Counted from the first letter of the stretch, positions 8,974 to 18,957 are shown. The stretch is DNA of 64,000 nucleotides from an uncultured Gemmatimonadaceae bacterium (GCA_964487785.1 CAZASU010000001.1:10633-74632); one strand, 5' to 3'. The notes: generated by a model from the sequence alone, not told the origin. Made by a program: numbers and translations.

Positions 8974-10256
8974 GTCTTCAGCTCTCTCTTCTTCGCCGCC
9001 GGAAAGAGGACGTTGTTCAGAATCAGCCGGTATCCCGGTGAGTGCGGATGCAGGGAGAGATCGGTAGGCACGTCGCCGATCTGGTGCTGCGGGTCTTCCG
9101 GATCGTGCCCGCCAAAGAAGGTCCAGGTGCCCTGTCCGTGCTCGCCATGGATGTACTTGACCCAGGGTGCGCCGGGCTCTTCGGCCAGGACGGTGACGCC
9201 GGGTTTCAACGTCTTGCGGGCAAACGAGGTGGTGAGACCGTAGAAGTCGGGGATCACCTGCCGGTGGTTCTGTACCAGCATCGTGGCGACGGGATCGATC
9301 TTGGCGCTGAAATTGAACAGGGTGTAGGAGCCCAGTGGCTGGCGCCGGTCGAAGGAGTTGACCTGGTGCCCGTCGATATCGGAATAGACCGGCGTAGTGG
9401 GGCTGAGCTCCAGCTGCGCGTTGTGAAAAGCAAACGCCCGGTCCCACTTCATTCTGGCAGTCGCATTGGGGTCCATTGGATCGCCATCGGCATACGAGGC
9501 CGAGATGTCGACTCCGTCGGCTGCCAGGGCCAGATCGAGAGTCTCGGTGGCGGTGCACATGGCGAACAGAAAGCCGCCTTTCTCGACGAAATCGGCGATC
9601 GCCACCGCAACGGCGCGCTTCTCCGCCGGGACCGAGGGGAAACCCAGCGACCGGGCCATCGCCCGGTTGCGCTCGACCATGTCCACCAACCAGGCCGATC
9701 CCGCGTAGTTGAGAAAGAACTTGGAGTACTGGCCGGTGAAGTCCTCATGGTGCAGGTGCAGCCAGTCGTAGGTCTTCAGCTTCTGGCCCAGCACTTCGGC
9801 GTCCCAGACCTTCTCGAACTCGATGCCGGCGTAGTTCAACGCCATAGTGACGGCGTCGTCCCACGGCGGGGCATTCGGAGGCGCGTAGACCGCTACCTTC
9901 GGCGGCTTCTCCAGCGGCACCGCGTCCATGTTTCCCCCCTGCAGCCCGCCCCGGATCTGCACCAGCTGACCATCGTCCAGCGGCTCGACCATCACCCCGG
10001 CCAGCGCCGCGTCACGCGCGGTGCCGGCATCGCTGGGGAGGAGGAACGCACCGCTGCGGTAGTTGAGGAACCACTCCGCCTTCACACCTCGCTTGAGGGC
10101 GCGATAGGTAAGTCCATATGCCTTAAGGTGATCCGTCTGGGCATCATCCATCGGCACCAGGAGCCATGGCGCACTGGAACCGAAGCGCCAGGAGGCTGCG
10201 GGAGAGAGGGCCGCCAAGCCGGCGCAGGTACGGGAGACGAACTCGCGCCGCCTCAT
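8970..10256 (-). CDS. Hypothetical exported protein with a Tat-like signal
   Basis: 428 aa. N-terminus MRRREFVSRTCAGLAALSPAAS is twin-arginine-like. No family recognised. It overlaps both neighbouring genes by 4 nt. Confidence 0.6.
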   Translation of the reverse strand: MRRREFVSRTCAGLAALSPAASWRFGSSAPWLLVPMDDAQTDHLKAYGLTYRALKRGVKAEWFLNYRSGAFLLPSDAGTARDAALAGVMVEPLDDGQLVQIRGGLQGGNMDAVPLEKPPKVAVYAPPNAPPWDDAVTMALNYAGIEFEKVWDAEVLGQKLKTYDWLHLHHEDFTGQYSKFFLNYAGSAWLVDMVERNRAMARSLGFPSVPAEKRAVAVAIADFVEKGGFLFAMCTATETLDLALAADGVDISASYADGDPMDPNATARMKWDRAFAFHNAQLELSPTTPVYSDIDGHQVNSFDRRQPLGSYTLFNFSAKIDPVATMLVQNHRQVIPDFYGLTTSFARKTLKPGVTVLAEEPGAPWVKYIHGEHGQGTWTFFGGHDPEDPQHQIGDVPTDLSLHPHSPGYRLILNNVLFPAAKKRELKT

Positions 10257-11986
10257 GTCTTGGGCACCGCTCCACGGGCTTCATCGAGCTTTCGCCGGGC
10301 CTGAGGCACCAGCGCGCTACGCGGATAGGTCAGAATGAGATGCTCCAGAATCTCCACCGCCTCTGCCCCCCGCTGCCCCGAGATCAGCAGTTCGGCCAGG
10401 GCCAGCTCGGCCGCCGGAGCGGTGGACGGCGCCTCCTTCACGGCTGCCGCGCGTATCAGGCGCTCGGCCTCCACCGCCTTTCCCGAGGCGGCAGAAAGTC
10501 GGCCGGCCAGGAGATACAGCTCGGCCCCGCCCTGCGAGGCCGGCAGCTCGGCTGCCACGCGCTCGAGCCCGGTGGTGGCCTGGGCGGTATCGCCCTGGTC
10601 GAGCTGCAGCAGGGCCCGGCCCAGATCCGGCATGCTGTCTCGCTCCAGCGGCTGCAGGAGAGCCAAGAGGGTGGTGCGGTGGGTGGCTTCGGCGCGGTCT
10701 CCGGCGTAGGGGCCTGCCGCCTTGAACAGCTCGACTGCGCCGCTGATGTCGCCCCGATACAGCCGGATCCGTCCGCTCAGCGCGAGCCCTTCGACACTGC
10801 TGTCCGCCGCGATGGCTGAGTCAGCGCGCTCGAGGTTTCCCTGCCGAATCCACCCCAACGCGATCCGCCGGCGAATGGCATCGTAGCCATCGGCCGACAG
10901 GGTGGGACGGAGCTCGGCCAGCCGCCTGGTTGCATCGTCCAGTTTGCCCTCAGCGATAAGCACTCCAACCAGCGTCGCCGCCGCGTCGGAGGCGACCGAC
11001 CGGGGGGTCGCGCGGTCATCGGCCAGGCCGCCCAGCATCCGGCGCGCGGCAGCCCGATCACCGCCCGCGGTATACGCCTGAGCCGCCTCCAGCCGTACCC
11101 GCGATGCCTGGACCTCGGGCGATCGGGCGGCAATTGCCTCCAGCACCATGCCCTCGGTGCGTCGGGCTCCCTGACTCCGCATGGTCCGGAGCTGATCCAG
11201 AAACCCGCGAAGCACCGCTATCGCCTGGATCCGATCCGTCGGCATGACGGCCGTCAGAACACGAAAGCCGCCCAGGGGATCTCCCCAGCGCGCCCGCAGC
11301 TCGGCTTCAACCCGACGTGAGACGAGGTCGGGCTCCCGGGCGAGGAGTCGCAGGAGATCGGGGCGCGTCGCCACGGGAGCCTGGGCGAGAGTCGAGACCG
11401 CGGTGGCGCGGTAACCGGGAAGCCGCCGCACCGCGAGAAGCCACTCTCGCAGCGCGGTGGGGTAGTCTGCTTCGGCGAGAGACAGCTGAGCCATCTCGGC
11501 CGCCATGGCATCGGGCCGGCCCAGGCGCTCGCGACCGCGGAGGTACGCCGCGCGCGCGGCGGAACGATTCTGCCGCCCAAGCTCCGCGGCACCCCATTCG
11601 CGGTAAGGCGCTTCTTCGGTCGGTGCGATCCGAGACCACCGCTCTGCCACGCTGCGCACGCTGTCCAGCTGATCGGCGGCGGCCCACGCTCTGAGCGCAA
11701 TGCCATAGACCGCCGAGCTCGACGGGGCCGCCCCCAGCGCGGCGCGCACTACCGGCAGAATATCAGAGCTCCGATTGAGCGGCAGCAGCGATCGCTCCAG
11801 ACCGAGCAGGGCCGGTACATCCGCTGGCTTGCCGGCGAGCACGGCTCGATACGCTTCTGCGGCGCCGGCATAGTCGCCCTGCCGCTCGAGGTCGAAGGCC
11901 CGGGTCATGCCCCTCTGCTGCGACCACCCACGCGTGGGGATCAGAAGCAGGACGATCCACAGGGTGGAGCGAGCCAGGAGGGCCAT
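10253..11986 (-). CDS. Secreted TPR-repeat protein
   Basis: 577 aa with a signal peptide (MALLARSTLWIVLLLIPTRGWSQQ). Ala/Leu/Arg-rich helical repeats run throughout. Confidence 0.65.
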   Translation of the reverse strand: MALLARSTLWIVLLLIPTRGWSQQRGMTRAFDLERQGDYAGAAEAYRAVLAGKPADVPALLGLERSLLPLNRSSDILPVVRAALGAAPSSSAVYGIALRAWAAADQLDSVRSVAERWSRIAPTEEAPYREWGAAELGRQNRSAARAAYLRGRERLGRPDAMAAEMAQLSLAEADYPTALREWLLAVRRLPGYRATAVSTLAQAPVATRPDLLRLLAREPDLVSRRVEAELRARWGDPLGGFRVLTAVMPTDRIQAIAVLRGFLDQLRTMRSQGARRTEGMVLEAIAARSPEVQASRVRLEAAQAYTAGGDRAAARRMLGGLADDRATPRSVASDAAATLVGVLIAEGKLDDATRRLAELRPTLSADGYDAIRRRIALGWIRQGNLERADSAIAADSSVEGLALSGRIRLYRGDISGAVELFKAAGPYAGDRAEATHRTTLLALLQPLERDSMPDLGRALLQLDQGDTAQATTGLERVAAELPASQGGAELYLLAGRLSAASGKAVEAERLIRAAAVKEAPSTAPAAELALAELLISGQRGAEAVEILEHLILTYPRSALVPQARRKLDEARGAVPKT

Positions 11987-11990
11987 CGGA

Positions 11991-14900
11991 TTACCTCACG
12001 GAGGGCTGTGACAAGCGGCGAAAGTAATCTACCACCAGCCGCCGTTCCTCCGGAGAGAGCTGCTGCAGCTCCTCCCATGTCGGCACCCTCAGCCTCCGGT
12101 TCTCATCCTCCAATCGTGCCCGGAGCGCCGGCGGAAGATGGATGCTGTCGCCGGTGGCTGTGGTGCTCTGCCGCTCCTTTTTCTCGTCCTCTTCCCGGCC
12201 CTGGAGCGTTCTTCCCGCATCGAGCATCCGGCGGAACAGCCGCTGCTGCCTCTCCACCGTCTGGCGCTCCAGCCGACCGCCTTCCAGCCTGCGGGAAAGC
12301 TGGGCAGCCTCATTGGCCATGTCGCCCGCTCCGGGCAGGCTTCCCTCTCCCCGCAGTTTCTCCAGCTCCTGAGCCAGGGCTCGCTGCTTGGCCGCCAGCC
12401 GTTGGAGCTGTTCCCGGATCGCGCCGCTGCCGGCCATCGGCAGCATGCCGGCGCCCTGCTGCCCCAGGCCTCCCTGCTGTTGGGCGAGTTGCGCCAGCCG
12501 CTCCAGCGCCTCCGCCAGTCCGGACCCGGACTGCGAGCCGGACACGTCTCCCCTGGCGCGGAGCAGCTGATGTGCGGCGGCGTTGAGCCCGTCCACCGCC
12601 CCTCCGGCCTGGTCTGCCGCTTCCCGGGTGTTTGGAGCGGCCGAAGAAATCGCCTCGCGAGCCTGTTGCATCCGCATCTGGGCCGCACCGAGTGCGGCAC
12701 CGATCTGAGGTGGAACCAGGGCGTTCTTGCCGGCTGCCTGCCTGACCTGGTCCAGCACCTTCTGCACACCCTCTTCTATCGCCGCCTGTTCGGCCCGAGT
12801 CGATGCGTTCGGCTCGCCCCGCCCACTCAGCTGTTCCTGCACCCTGAGCTGGCGTTCGGCCAACCGGCTGGTCTCACTCAACGCCTGATCCATGGCCTCG
12901 ACGACCTGTTTGCGCCACTCCCGCTGCATCTCCTGCCGCCGCTGCTGCAGCTGGTCACTCAGGGGGGCCAGCGAGCGCGACGCCTCTTCGCCCTGCTGTC
13001 TGGCCTCTGGGCGCTGGCCTCGCTGGGCTGACGTTGCCGCCTGCTGCATCTGTTCGGAGGCTTTTCCCGCGTGCTGGGCCAGGTCCTGTATGGCGGCCGG
13101 CTTCCCCTCGGCGGAAGCATCCTTGGCGATCTGCTCCAGCGCGGCTGCGAGGGAGTCGGTTCTCGCGGCGAGCTGCCGCTCGGCCAGGGCGGAGCGCGCG
13201 CTGTCCCCCGAGCGAACTTGCTCGTTCCATTCCCGTTGTTCTCGCGCCAGCTCCTTCGAATCCTGACTCAGATTTGCCAGGTCGCCTTCGAGAGCAGCAC
13301 GCCGGAAGAGCTCACGGCTCCGCTCCAACGCTTCGCGAAGCTGCTTCTGCGCGTCCGCCAGTTGCTCCAGCGCATCCTTGGCGCGCTCCGCGTCGAGATC
13401 CTTGAGGGCCTGCTGCAGGCCGGCGAGCTTTTCGCGGAGCTCGGGCGAGAGCGCGCGCTCCAACTGGTTCCGGATCTCGGAGAGCTGCCGCTGCCACGCC
13501 GTGTCGTGCACTCCCGCGGCCTCGGCGCTTCGTCGCAGTGCCTCCACCGATTTTTCGAGCGACTCCGCCTGCCGGATGATCTCTTCCTGAGACTTGGCGA
13601 CAGCCTCGGCCCGCTGCGCCTCTTCGTATGAGAGCGACTCGCTATCCTTGGCCCCCAACCCTCCGGCCTGCCGGGCCCGCTCTCGCGCCAGATCATCGGT
13701 CTGCCGTTCCACCCGCCGGCTCGCGTTGGTGATCGAATCGAGCTGGCTGGCCACGCTCTCAGTGGCCTGGCGTTGCGCTGCCCTGACCTCGCTCATCGTC
13801 GGCAGGCGAAGGACGAACTCGCGCGAGCGTCCAGTCTGTCTTCGTGGCGTGTTGTCCCTGGCGGTCGCGAAGTAGCGCACGGTGTCTCCCGGAAGGAGGC
13901 CGCGGCGGTTCAGGTCGAGAGTGAATGTGAGAATGGCACGATCGGGCCGTTCGGCGGGAACCGGCACGCTCTCCCTGCGCGCCGAGTCGATCAGGCCCAG
14001 GCGGCTGATCCGGCGGCTCTCCAGGGTAACAGCCGTGATGCTGTGGTCGTCCCTCGCGTCGATGATCAGTGGCACCTGAAGGCTGAGCGGAGCCAGGGTA
14101 TCAGCGCCGGGCACCGGGATCTCGACCGCCGGCGCGCTATCCGGCACCAGCCGGATGGGCAGCCGCACCGAATCCCCCGCGAGCGGCGCTCCCGTGGCGG
14201 TCACAAGGGCCAGGCGGTACTCGCCCGAGCGGAAAGGAACGAACGTCCCGGCAAAGCGGGTCCCTGTCACCGCCAGCGATTCGCGCTTTTCGCCGGACAG
14301 CCAGGCAGCACTCGCGAGACGCGCCGTCGCCTCCCCCCGGGTCTCAAGCCGGGTCCCCGCGGGAAGGATGAGTGTGTCTCCCCCGATCGGAACCGGCTCG
14401 TTCTCCAGCCCCAGGTAGGACGGATACCGCGCGATCACGACGAGCGTGCCCAGAAACACCGGCAGGCGGACGCGTACGATCACCGTATCGGAGGAGCGCC
14501 CCCCGCTGGTCAGACGGGCGAACAAGTCGCTCTGCAGCGGCGGAGTCGAGATCGTGGCCCGTCCGAGGGAATCGAGGCGCACACCCCGGGCCTTCCAGGC
14601 TTCGCCCGGTGCCCGAAACCAGAGGGTGGCCGCTTTACGGCCCATCGCCTCGAGGTGCAGGGCCACCGGCTGCCCCCGGTCCACGAGGTCCTCGGCCGCG
14701 CGCAAACGGACCGGAGCGACCGTGGCTTCCCAGGCACGGTGCGGATGCCACAGCGCGGCCGCAGCGCCGCTTACCGGGCCGGCGGAGGTAAACGCGGCGG
14801 CCCCGATGACGAGACACACAAGGCCAGCCACCGAGACCATTCGTACTGGCCGGGCGATGGGCTCGACCGCCGCCGCACCCCGCCGGGCCACCTCTTCGGC

Positions 14901-15269
14901 CTGAGCGCGGTCAGCCAGATCGAGCAGGGCGCCGCTGGTGCCGGCCGCCGCGGTATCAAGCAGCGCCGTCAGGGTACCGTGCCGCCAGGCCCCGAGCTCC
15001 TCCAGCCTTCCCGCCAGCCGGGCAGTCGAAAGCCGGGTCTGGGTTCCCCACGCCAGATGGGTAATGGCCACGAGTCCCAGCAGCGCCATGCTCCAGGCGA
15101 GCAGCACCCAATACGGGGCGCTGAACCAGCCGAGCCGCACGCTCCAGGCCCATGCTCCGAGCAGGGCGGCCACCGCGCCGAGCCCCAGCGCGGCCCATCC
15201 CGCACCGTTGCGGTTTCTGAGCGGCCGCCCCAGCCGGTGGAGCGCGCCCTGAGTGGCTGGTGCGGTCAC
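11991..15269 (-). CDS. Large membrane protein with a long Gln/Glu/Ala-rich coiled-coil C-terminus (DUF4175/TIGR02302-like)
   Basis: 1092 aa. It has N-terminal hydrophobic helices, a beta-rich middle region, and then about 600 aa of low-complexity coiled coil ending in ...VVDYFRRLSQPSVR. The family assignment is from memory of similar operons. Confidence 0.65.
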   Translation of the reverse strand: MTAPATQGALHRLGRPLRNRNGAGWAALGLGAVAALLGAWAWSVRLGWFSAPYWVLLAWSMALLGLVAITHLAWGTQTRLSTARLAGRLEELGAWRHGTLTALLDTAAAGTSGALLDLADRAQAEEVARRGAAAVEPIARPVRMVSVAGLVCLVIGAAAFTSAGPVSGAAAALWHPHRAWEATVAPVRLRAAEDLVDRGQPVALHLEAMGRKAATLWFRAPGEAWKARGVRLDSLGRATISTPPLQSDLFARLTSGGRSSDTVIVRVRLPVFLGTLVVIARYPSYLGLENEPVPIGGDTLILPAGTRLETRGEATARLASAAWLSGEKRESLAVTGTRFAGTFVPFRSGEYRLALVTATGAPLAGDSVRLPIRLVPDSAPAVEIPVPGADTLAPLSLQVPLIIDARDDHSITAVTLESRRISRLGLIDSARRESVPVPAERPDRAILTFTLDLNRRGLLPGDTVRYFATARDNTPRRQTGRSREFVLRLPTMSEVRAAQRQATESVASQLDSITNASRRVERQTDDLARERARQAGGLGAKDSESLSYEEAQRAEAVAKSQEEIIRQAESLEKSVEALRRSAEAAGVHDTAWQRQLSEIRNQLERALSPELREKLAGLQQALKDLDAERAKDALEQLADAQKQLREALERSRELFRRAALEGDLANLSQDSKELAREQREWNEQVRSGDSARSALAERQLAARTDSLAAALEQIAKDASAEGKPAAIQDLAQHAGKASEQMQQAATSAQRGQRPEARQQGEEASRSLAPLSDQLQQRRQEMQREWRKQVVEAMDQALSETSRLAERQLRVQEQLSGRGEPNASTRAEQAAIEEGVQKVLDQVRQAAGKNALVPPQIGAALGAAQMRMQQAREAISSAAPNTREAADQAGGAVDGLNAAAHQLLRARGDVSGSQSGSGLAEALERLAQLAQQQGGLGQQGAGMLPMAGSGAIREQLQRLAAKQRALAQELEKLRGEGSLPGAGDMANEAAQLSRRLEGGRLERQTVERQQRLFRRMLDAGRTLQGREEDEKKERQSTTATGDSIHLPPALRARLEDENRRLRVPTWEELQQLSPEERRLVVDYFRRLSQPSVR

Positions 15270-15934
15270 CCGCCGTATCCTACCGCGTAGGCAAAGAGGT
15301 TCACCCCCATCTTGAGCGCCGCCTCACGTTTGTCCGGGGTGTCATGATGTACTTGGGGATCCTCCCATCCATCGCCCAGGTCGGACTGATACGAGTAGTA
15401 GACTACGAGGCGACCGTCGAGGAAGATACCGAATCCCTGCGCGGGTTTCCCGTCGTGCGCGTGAATCTTGGGCATCCCCTTGGGAAAATCGTAGACAAGG
15501 TGATAAACCGGATGGTCGAGCGGAACCTCCACCAGCGGGTGATCGGGAAAGAGTCGCGCCAGCTCCCGCCGGATCGATGCGTCCATCCCGTAGTTATCGT
15601 CCGCATGGAGAAACCCTCCCTGCTGGAGATACCGGCGCAAGGTGGCGAGATCCCGGTCGCTCCAGTGGACGTTGCCGTGGCCCGTCATGTAGAGGTATGG
15701 GACGTTCCAGAGATCGTCGTCGCTCAGGGTGACGACTTTCTCTTCCGTGGCCACCCGAAGCTTGGTGCGGGTCCTGATTGCGGAGAGCAGGTTTGGAAGG
15801 CTCGATGGATTGGCGTACCAGTCCCCGCCCCCATCGTAGTGCAAGCGTCCGATCGTCATGACCGGGCCGGGATCGATCGGTGCGGCCGGCGCGCCCAGGG
15901 CCACGCCGAGGGCAAAGAGCATCCGTGGAATCAC
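15266..15934 (-). CDS. DUF4159 domain protein
   Basis: GRLHYDGGGDWYANPSSLPNLL, YLYMTGHGNV, LRRYLQQGGFLHADDNYG and YSYQSDLGDGWE match my recollection of DUF4159. It has a signal peptide. Confidence 0.7.
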   Translation of the reverse strand: MIPRMLFALGVALGAPAAPIDPGPVMTIGRLHYDGGGDWYANPSSLPNLLSAIRTRTKLRVATEEKVVTLSDDDLWNVPYLYMTGHGNVHWSDRDLATLRRYLQQGGFLHADDNYGMDASIRRELARLFPDHPLVEVPLDHPVYHLVYDFPKGMPKIHAHDGKPAQGFGIFLDGRLVVYYSYQSDLGDGWEDPQVHHDTPDKREAALKMGVNLFAYAVGYGG

Positions 15935-16767
15935 GGTAACCCCATGACGAGCTTGTAGGCTTCGTTTCTCGGAAGGCCGAGAGACTGGGTGAGCTTTTGC
16001 ACCACCTGGCGCCGGCTCATGCCCTCGGCCAGGAGCGAGGTAGCCTGTTCGATGGCATCCTCGGTTCGGTCCGGCTCAGTGGCCGGCTCACCCGTTCCTT
16101 GAAGCACGATCGTCAGCTCTCCCCGCGGGGGCACTGCCGAATAATAGTCGACGAGCTCGCCCAACGTCCCGGTGCGGATCTCCTCGTGCATCTTGGTCAG
16201 CTCGCGACAGACCACCCCGATCCGGCCGGCGCCCGCCAGCGGAATGAGGTCCTTCAGCAACGAGAGCAATCTCGGCGGCGCCTCGAACAGCACGACGCTC
16301 CACTCCTCGGCGGCGGCGCGGCTCAGCAGCCGGGAGCGCTCCCTGCCTTTGCGGGGGATGAAGCCAAGGAAGAGGTAACGGTCGCCGGGAAGCCCAGCAG
16401 CCGAAAGTGCGGTGGCCACAGCGGAGGGACCAGGGACCGGAACGACCGGAATTCCGGCGTCGCGGGCGTGGGCAACCAGATCCGTCCCGGGATCGCTCAC
16501 CGTTGGGGTGCCCGCGTCGGAGACCAATGCGATGTCCCGGCCCGAGCGCAGGATGTCGAGCAGTCCGTCGAGCCGATGCTCTCCCGAATGGGCGTGATAG
16601 CTGAGGAGACTGGGCCGGGCCCCCAGGTGGCTCAGCAGTCCCCGGGTACGGCGGGTATCCTCGGCGGCAACCACCGACACTTTGGCCAGCACCTCCGCGG
16701 CGCGGATCGACAGGTCGCCAAGGTTACCGAGCGGGGTTGCGACGACGTACAGGGTACCGGGGGGCAT
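15931..16767 (-). CDS. rsmI: 16S rRNA (cytidine1402-2'-O)-methyltransferase
   Basis: LYVVATPLGNLGDLSIRAAEVL...AAEDTRRTRGLL and the C-terminal ...RNEAYKLV are typical of RsmI. Confidence 0.9.
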   Translation of the reverse strand: MPPGTLYVVATPLGNLGDLSIRAAEVLAKVSVVAAEDTRRTRGLLSHLGARPSLLSYHAHSGEHRLDGLLDILRSGRDIALVSDAGTPTVSDPGTDLVAHARDAGIPVVPVPGPSAVATALSAAGLPGDRYLFLGFIPRKGRERSRLLSRAAAEEWSVVLFEAPPRLLSLLKDLIPLAGAGRIGVVCRELTKMHEEIRTGTLGELVDYYSAVPPRGELTIVLQGTGEPATEPDRTEDAIEQATSLLAEGMSRRQVVQKLTQSLGLPRNEAYKLVMGLP

Positions 16768-16857
16768 GATGGAATATTAGCGGGAAAGAGGCGGAAGGCG
16801 TGCGCCTCTCTCTACCGCCTCCTCATCGACCGCCTCTGCACCTACCGCCCTTTCCGT

Positions 16858-17196
16858 CTAACTGAGATGTTGCTTGATCTTCCCCTCCAGCGTGGCCTTC
16901 GGCACCGCCCCAATGACGGTGTCCACGTGCTGGCCGTTCTTGAAGAAGAGGATGCTGGGTATCGAGCGGACGTTGAACCGCATGGCGGTCCGCTGGTTCG
17001 CGTCCACATCGACCTTGGTCACCTTGGCCTTGCCGACGTATTCGCCGGCCAGCTGGTCGAGGATTGGCGCCACGATCTGGCATGGCCCGCACCACGAAGC
17101 CCAGAAATCCACAAGTACAAGTCCGTTCGCTTGCTCGATCTCAACTGCGAACGAGGCGTCGCTCACGTGCACAGTCAAGGTATTCGTCGCGCTCAT
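16858..17196 (-). CDS. trxA: Thioredoxin
   Basis: 112 aa with the WASWCGPCQ active site. Confidence 0.93.
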   Translation of the reverse strand: MSATNTLTVHVSDASFAVEIEQANGLVLVDFWASWCGPCQIVAPILDQLAGEYVGKAKVTKVDVDANQRTAMRFNVRSIPSILFFKNGQHVDTVIGAVPKATLEGKIKQHLS

Positions 17197-17275
17197 GTTG
17201 GTTATTCTCCTGTTGTGTTATGTCGGACGGTCGCCTCGACTCGCGGGCACCGCCCTAACCTATTGGGAGGGACCA

Positions 17276-17671
17276 GTGGCCGATCTCCCCCGCATTGCGC
17301 ATGTCGGAATTGCCGTCGCCGACCTGGAAACGGCACTTACCTTCTACAAAGACGTCCTTGGCATCGTGCCGCATCCGCCTGAAACAGTCGATGGCGCTAC
17401 CATCCTGGTACTCCCGATGGGAGACTCGGAAGTGGAGCTGCTTGCACCGCTCCACGCCGACAGCCCCATTGGAAAGTTCCTGGCGAAGAGAGGCCCTGGT
17501 ATTCACCACATCTGCTACCGGGTTGCCGATCTCGACGCGGCACTCGAGGCCTGCCGGGCAGCGGGATACCGTCTGCTAGACGAGGTCCCACGTACCGGGG
17601 CGACCGGCCGCCGGATCGCCTTCGTGCATCCGAAGGCGACCGCTGGGATCCTGCTCGAATTGACCGACTAG
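17276..17671 (+). CDS. mce: Methylmalonyl-CoA epimerase (VOC/glyoxalase family)
   Basis: In-frame GTG at 17276. IAHVGIAVADLETALTFY, VELLAP, GPGIHHICYRV and FVHPKATAGILLEL are present. The longer listed ORF (from 16874) runs antisense through trxA. Confidence 0.8.
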   Translation: MADLPRIAHVGIAVADLETALTFYKDVLGIVPHPPETVDGATILVLPMGDSEVELLAPLHADSPIGKFLAKRGPGIHHICYRVADLDAALEACRAAGYRLLDEVPRTGATGRRIAFVHPKATAGILLELTD

Positions 17672-17713
17672 CGACAGAAAGATAACAGCGGCAGGCGGAG
17701 AAGGTTCCCCGGG

Positions 17714-18181
17714 CTAACCCTGGGGAGCGCTGTCTCTCGGCGCACCATCCTGACAGGGGCGCGCCGGGTTTCCTGCCGCCGCCAAATCGAGCTGGGTGAC
17801 GATCCAGGAGCCGTCGCGGATCTTGACTGTAGTGAAGGGGACCGTCCAGGTGCAGGTACGGCGTTTGATCTCGACCAGGAGCCCCCGGCGATTCTCGTCG
17901 GTTTCCGTTACGTCCGACGTGATCCGAAACGAGTCATTGCGGAGATAGGCCTGCATGATCGCGACCCGGCGCTGCCAATCGGGAGGCTGATTGGTTTTGG
18001 CCGCAGGTCCGCTGGCGGTGCCCCAAAGGCTCGCCATCTTACCGAGGTTGCTATCGGCGACCGCTTGCATGAAACTCCGCACGGCATCGCTGGCGGAATT
18101 GGCGGGTTGTGCCTGGGGCGCGCTGCCGCCGCCGCATGCAGCGACGAGAAGGACCGATCCTAGCCACCGTTGCTTAGTCAC
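17714..18181 (-). CDS. Hypothetical lipoprotein (NTF2-like by composition)
   Basis: 155 aa with the lipobox LLVAACGG. Confidence 0.55.
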   Translation of the reverse strand: MTKQRWLGSVLLVAACGGGSAPQAQPANSASDAVRSFMQAVADSNLGKMASLWGTASGPAAKTNQPPDWQRRVAIMQAYLRNDSFRITSDVTETDENRRGLLVEIKRRTCTWTVPFTTVKIRDGSWIVTQLDLAAAGNPARPCQDGAPRDSAPQG

Positions 18182-18240
18182 AAGTCTCTCGCTGAGATAA
18201 TGTTAGCTTGCGAAGTTAACCGGCTCCGGAGCGGCGAGCA

Positions 18241-18957
18241 ATGACTCCGACGCGGCTGTACATCAACGTCGACCACGTCGCCACGGTGCGCCAGGCGCGC
18301 CGCACCGATGAGCCCGACCCGGTCGAGGCCGCGCTGCTGTGCGAGCAGGGTGGCGCTGATGGCATCACCGCCCACCTGCGCGAGGACCGGCGGCACATCC
18401 AGGACCATGACGTGGAGCGGCTCATGACCGCCGTCCAGGTGCTCAACCTCGAGCTGGCCACCAGCCCCGATGTCGTGGCCCTTGCCTGCCGGCTCCGGCC
18501 TTATCAGGCCACGCTGGTCCCAGAGCGCCGTGAGGAGATTACCACGGAGGGAGGGTTGGACCTCAGCCGTCCCCACCCTCGAATGCGAGAGACGATCCGC
18601 CGGCTGGAGCAGGCAGGGGCCCGGATCAGCCTATTCATTGATCCCGACCTCCAGACAGTGGACGCGGCCAAGGACCTCGGCGTGCCCGCCATCGAGCTGC
18701 ACACTGGGCGCTACGCCAACGGATGGCGACAGAGCAACACCGCACTGGAAGAGCTGCAGCGCGCCGCGCGGCACGCCGCTGACATGGGTCTCTTCGTGCA
18801 TGCCGGCCATGGGCTCACCTATGCCAATGTGGCGCCGATTGGGGCAATTCCGGAGATCGAGGAGCTCAACATCGGCCACAGCGTAGTGAGCCGCTCCGTC
18901 ATGGTTGGGATGCGGCAGGCGGTCGAAGAGATGCGGAGAGCCATGGAGGGGTACTAA
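18241..18957 (+). CDS. pdxJ: Pyridoxine 5'-phosphate synthase
   Basis: RLYINVDHVATVRQARRTDEPDPV, ITAHLREDRRHI, IELHTGRYA, HAGHGLTY and ELNIGHS are present. Confidence 0.93.
   Translation: MTPTRLYINVDHVATVRQARRTDEPDPVEAALLCEQGGADGITAHLREDRRHIQDHDVERLMTAVQVLNLELATSPDVVALACRLRPYQATLVPERREEITTEGGLDLSRPHPRMRETIRRLEQAGARISLFIDPDLQTVDAAKDLGVPAIELHTGRYANGWRQSNTALEELQRAARHAADMGLFVHAGHGLTYANVAPIGAIPEIEELNIGHSVVSRSVMVGMRQAVEEMRRAMEGY

Noticed and set aside
6472-9558. The full 1028-aa ORF as the DinG gene.
   Set aside because: The upstream ~195 codons overlap the well-formed 428-aa gene in another frame and translate to Arg/Pro-rich junk. The in-frame TTG at 8973, coupled to the upstream stop, gives a sensible N-terminus.
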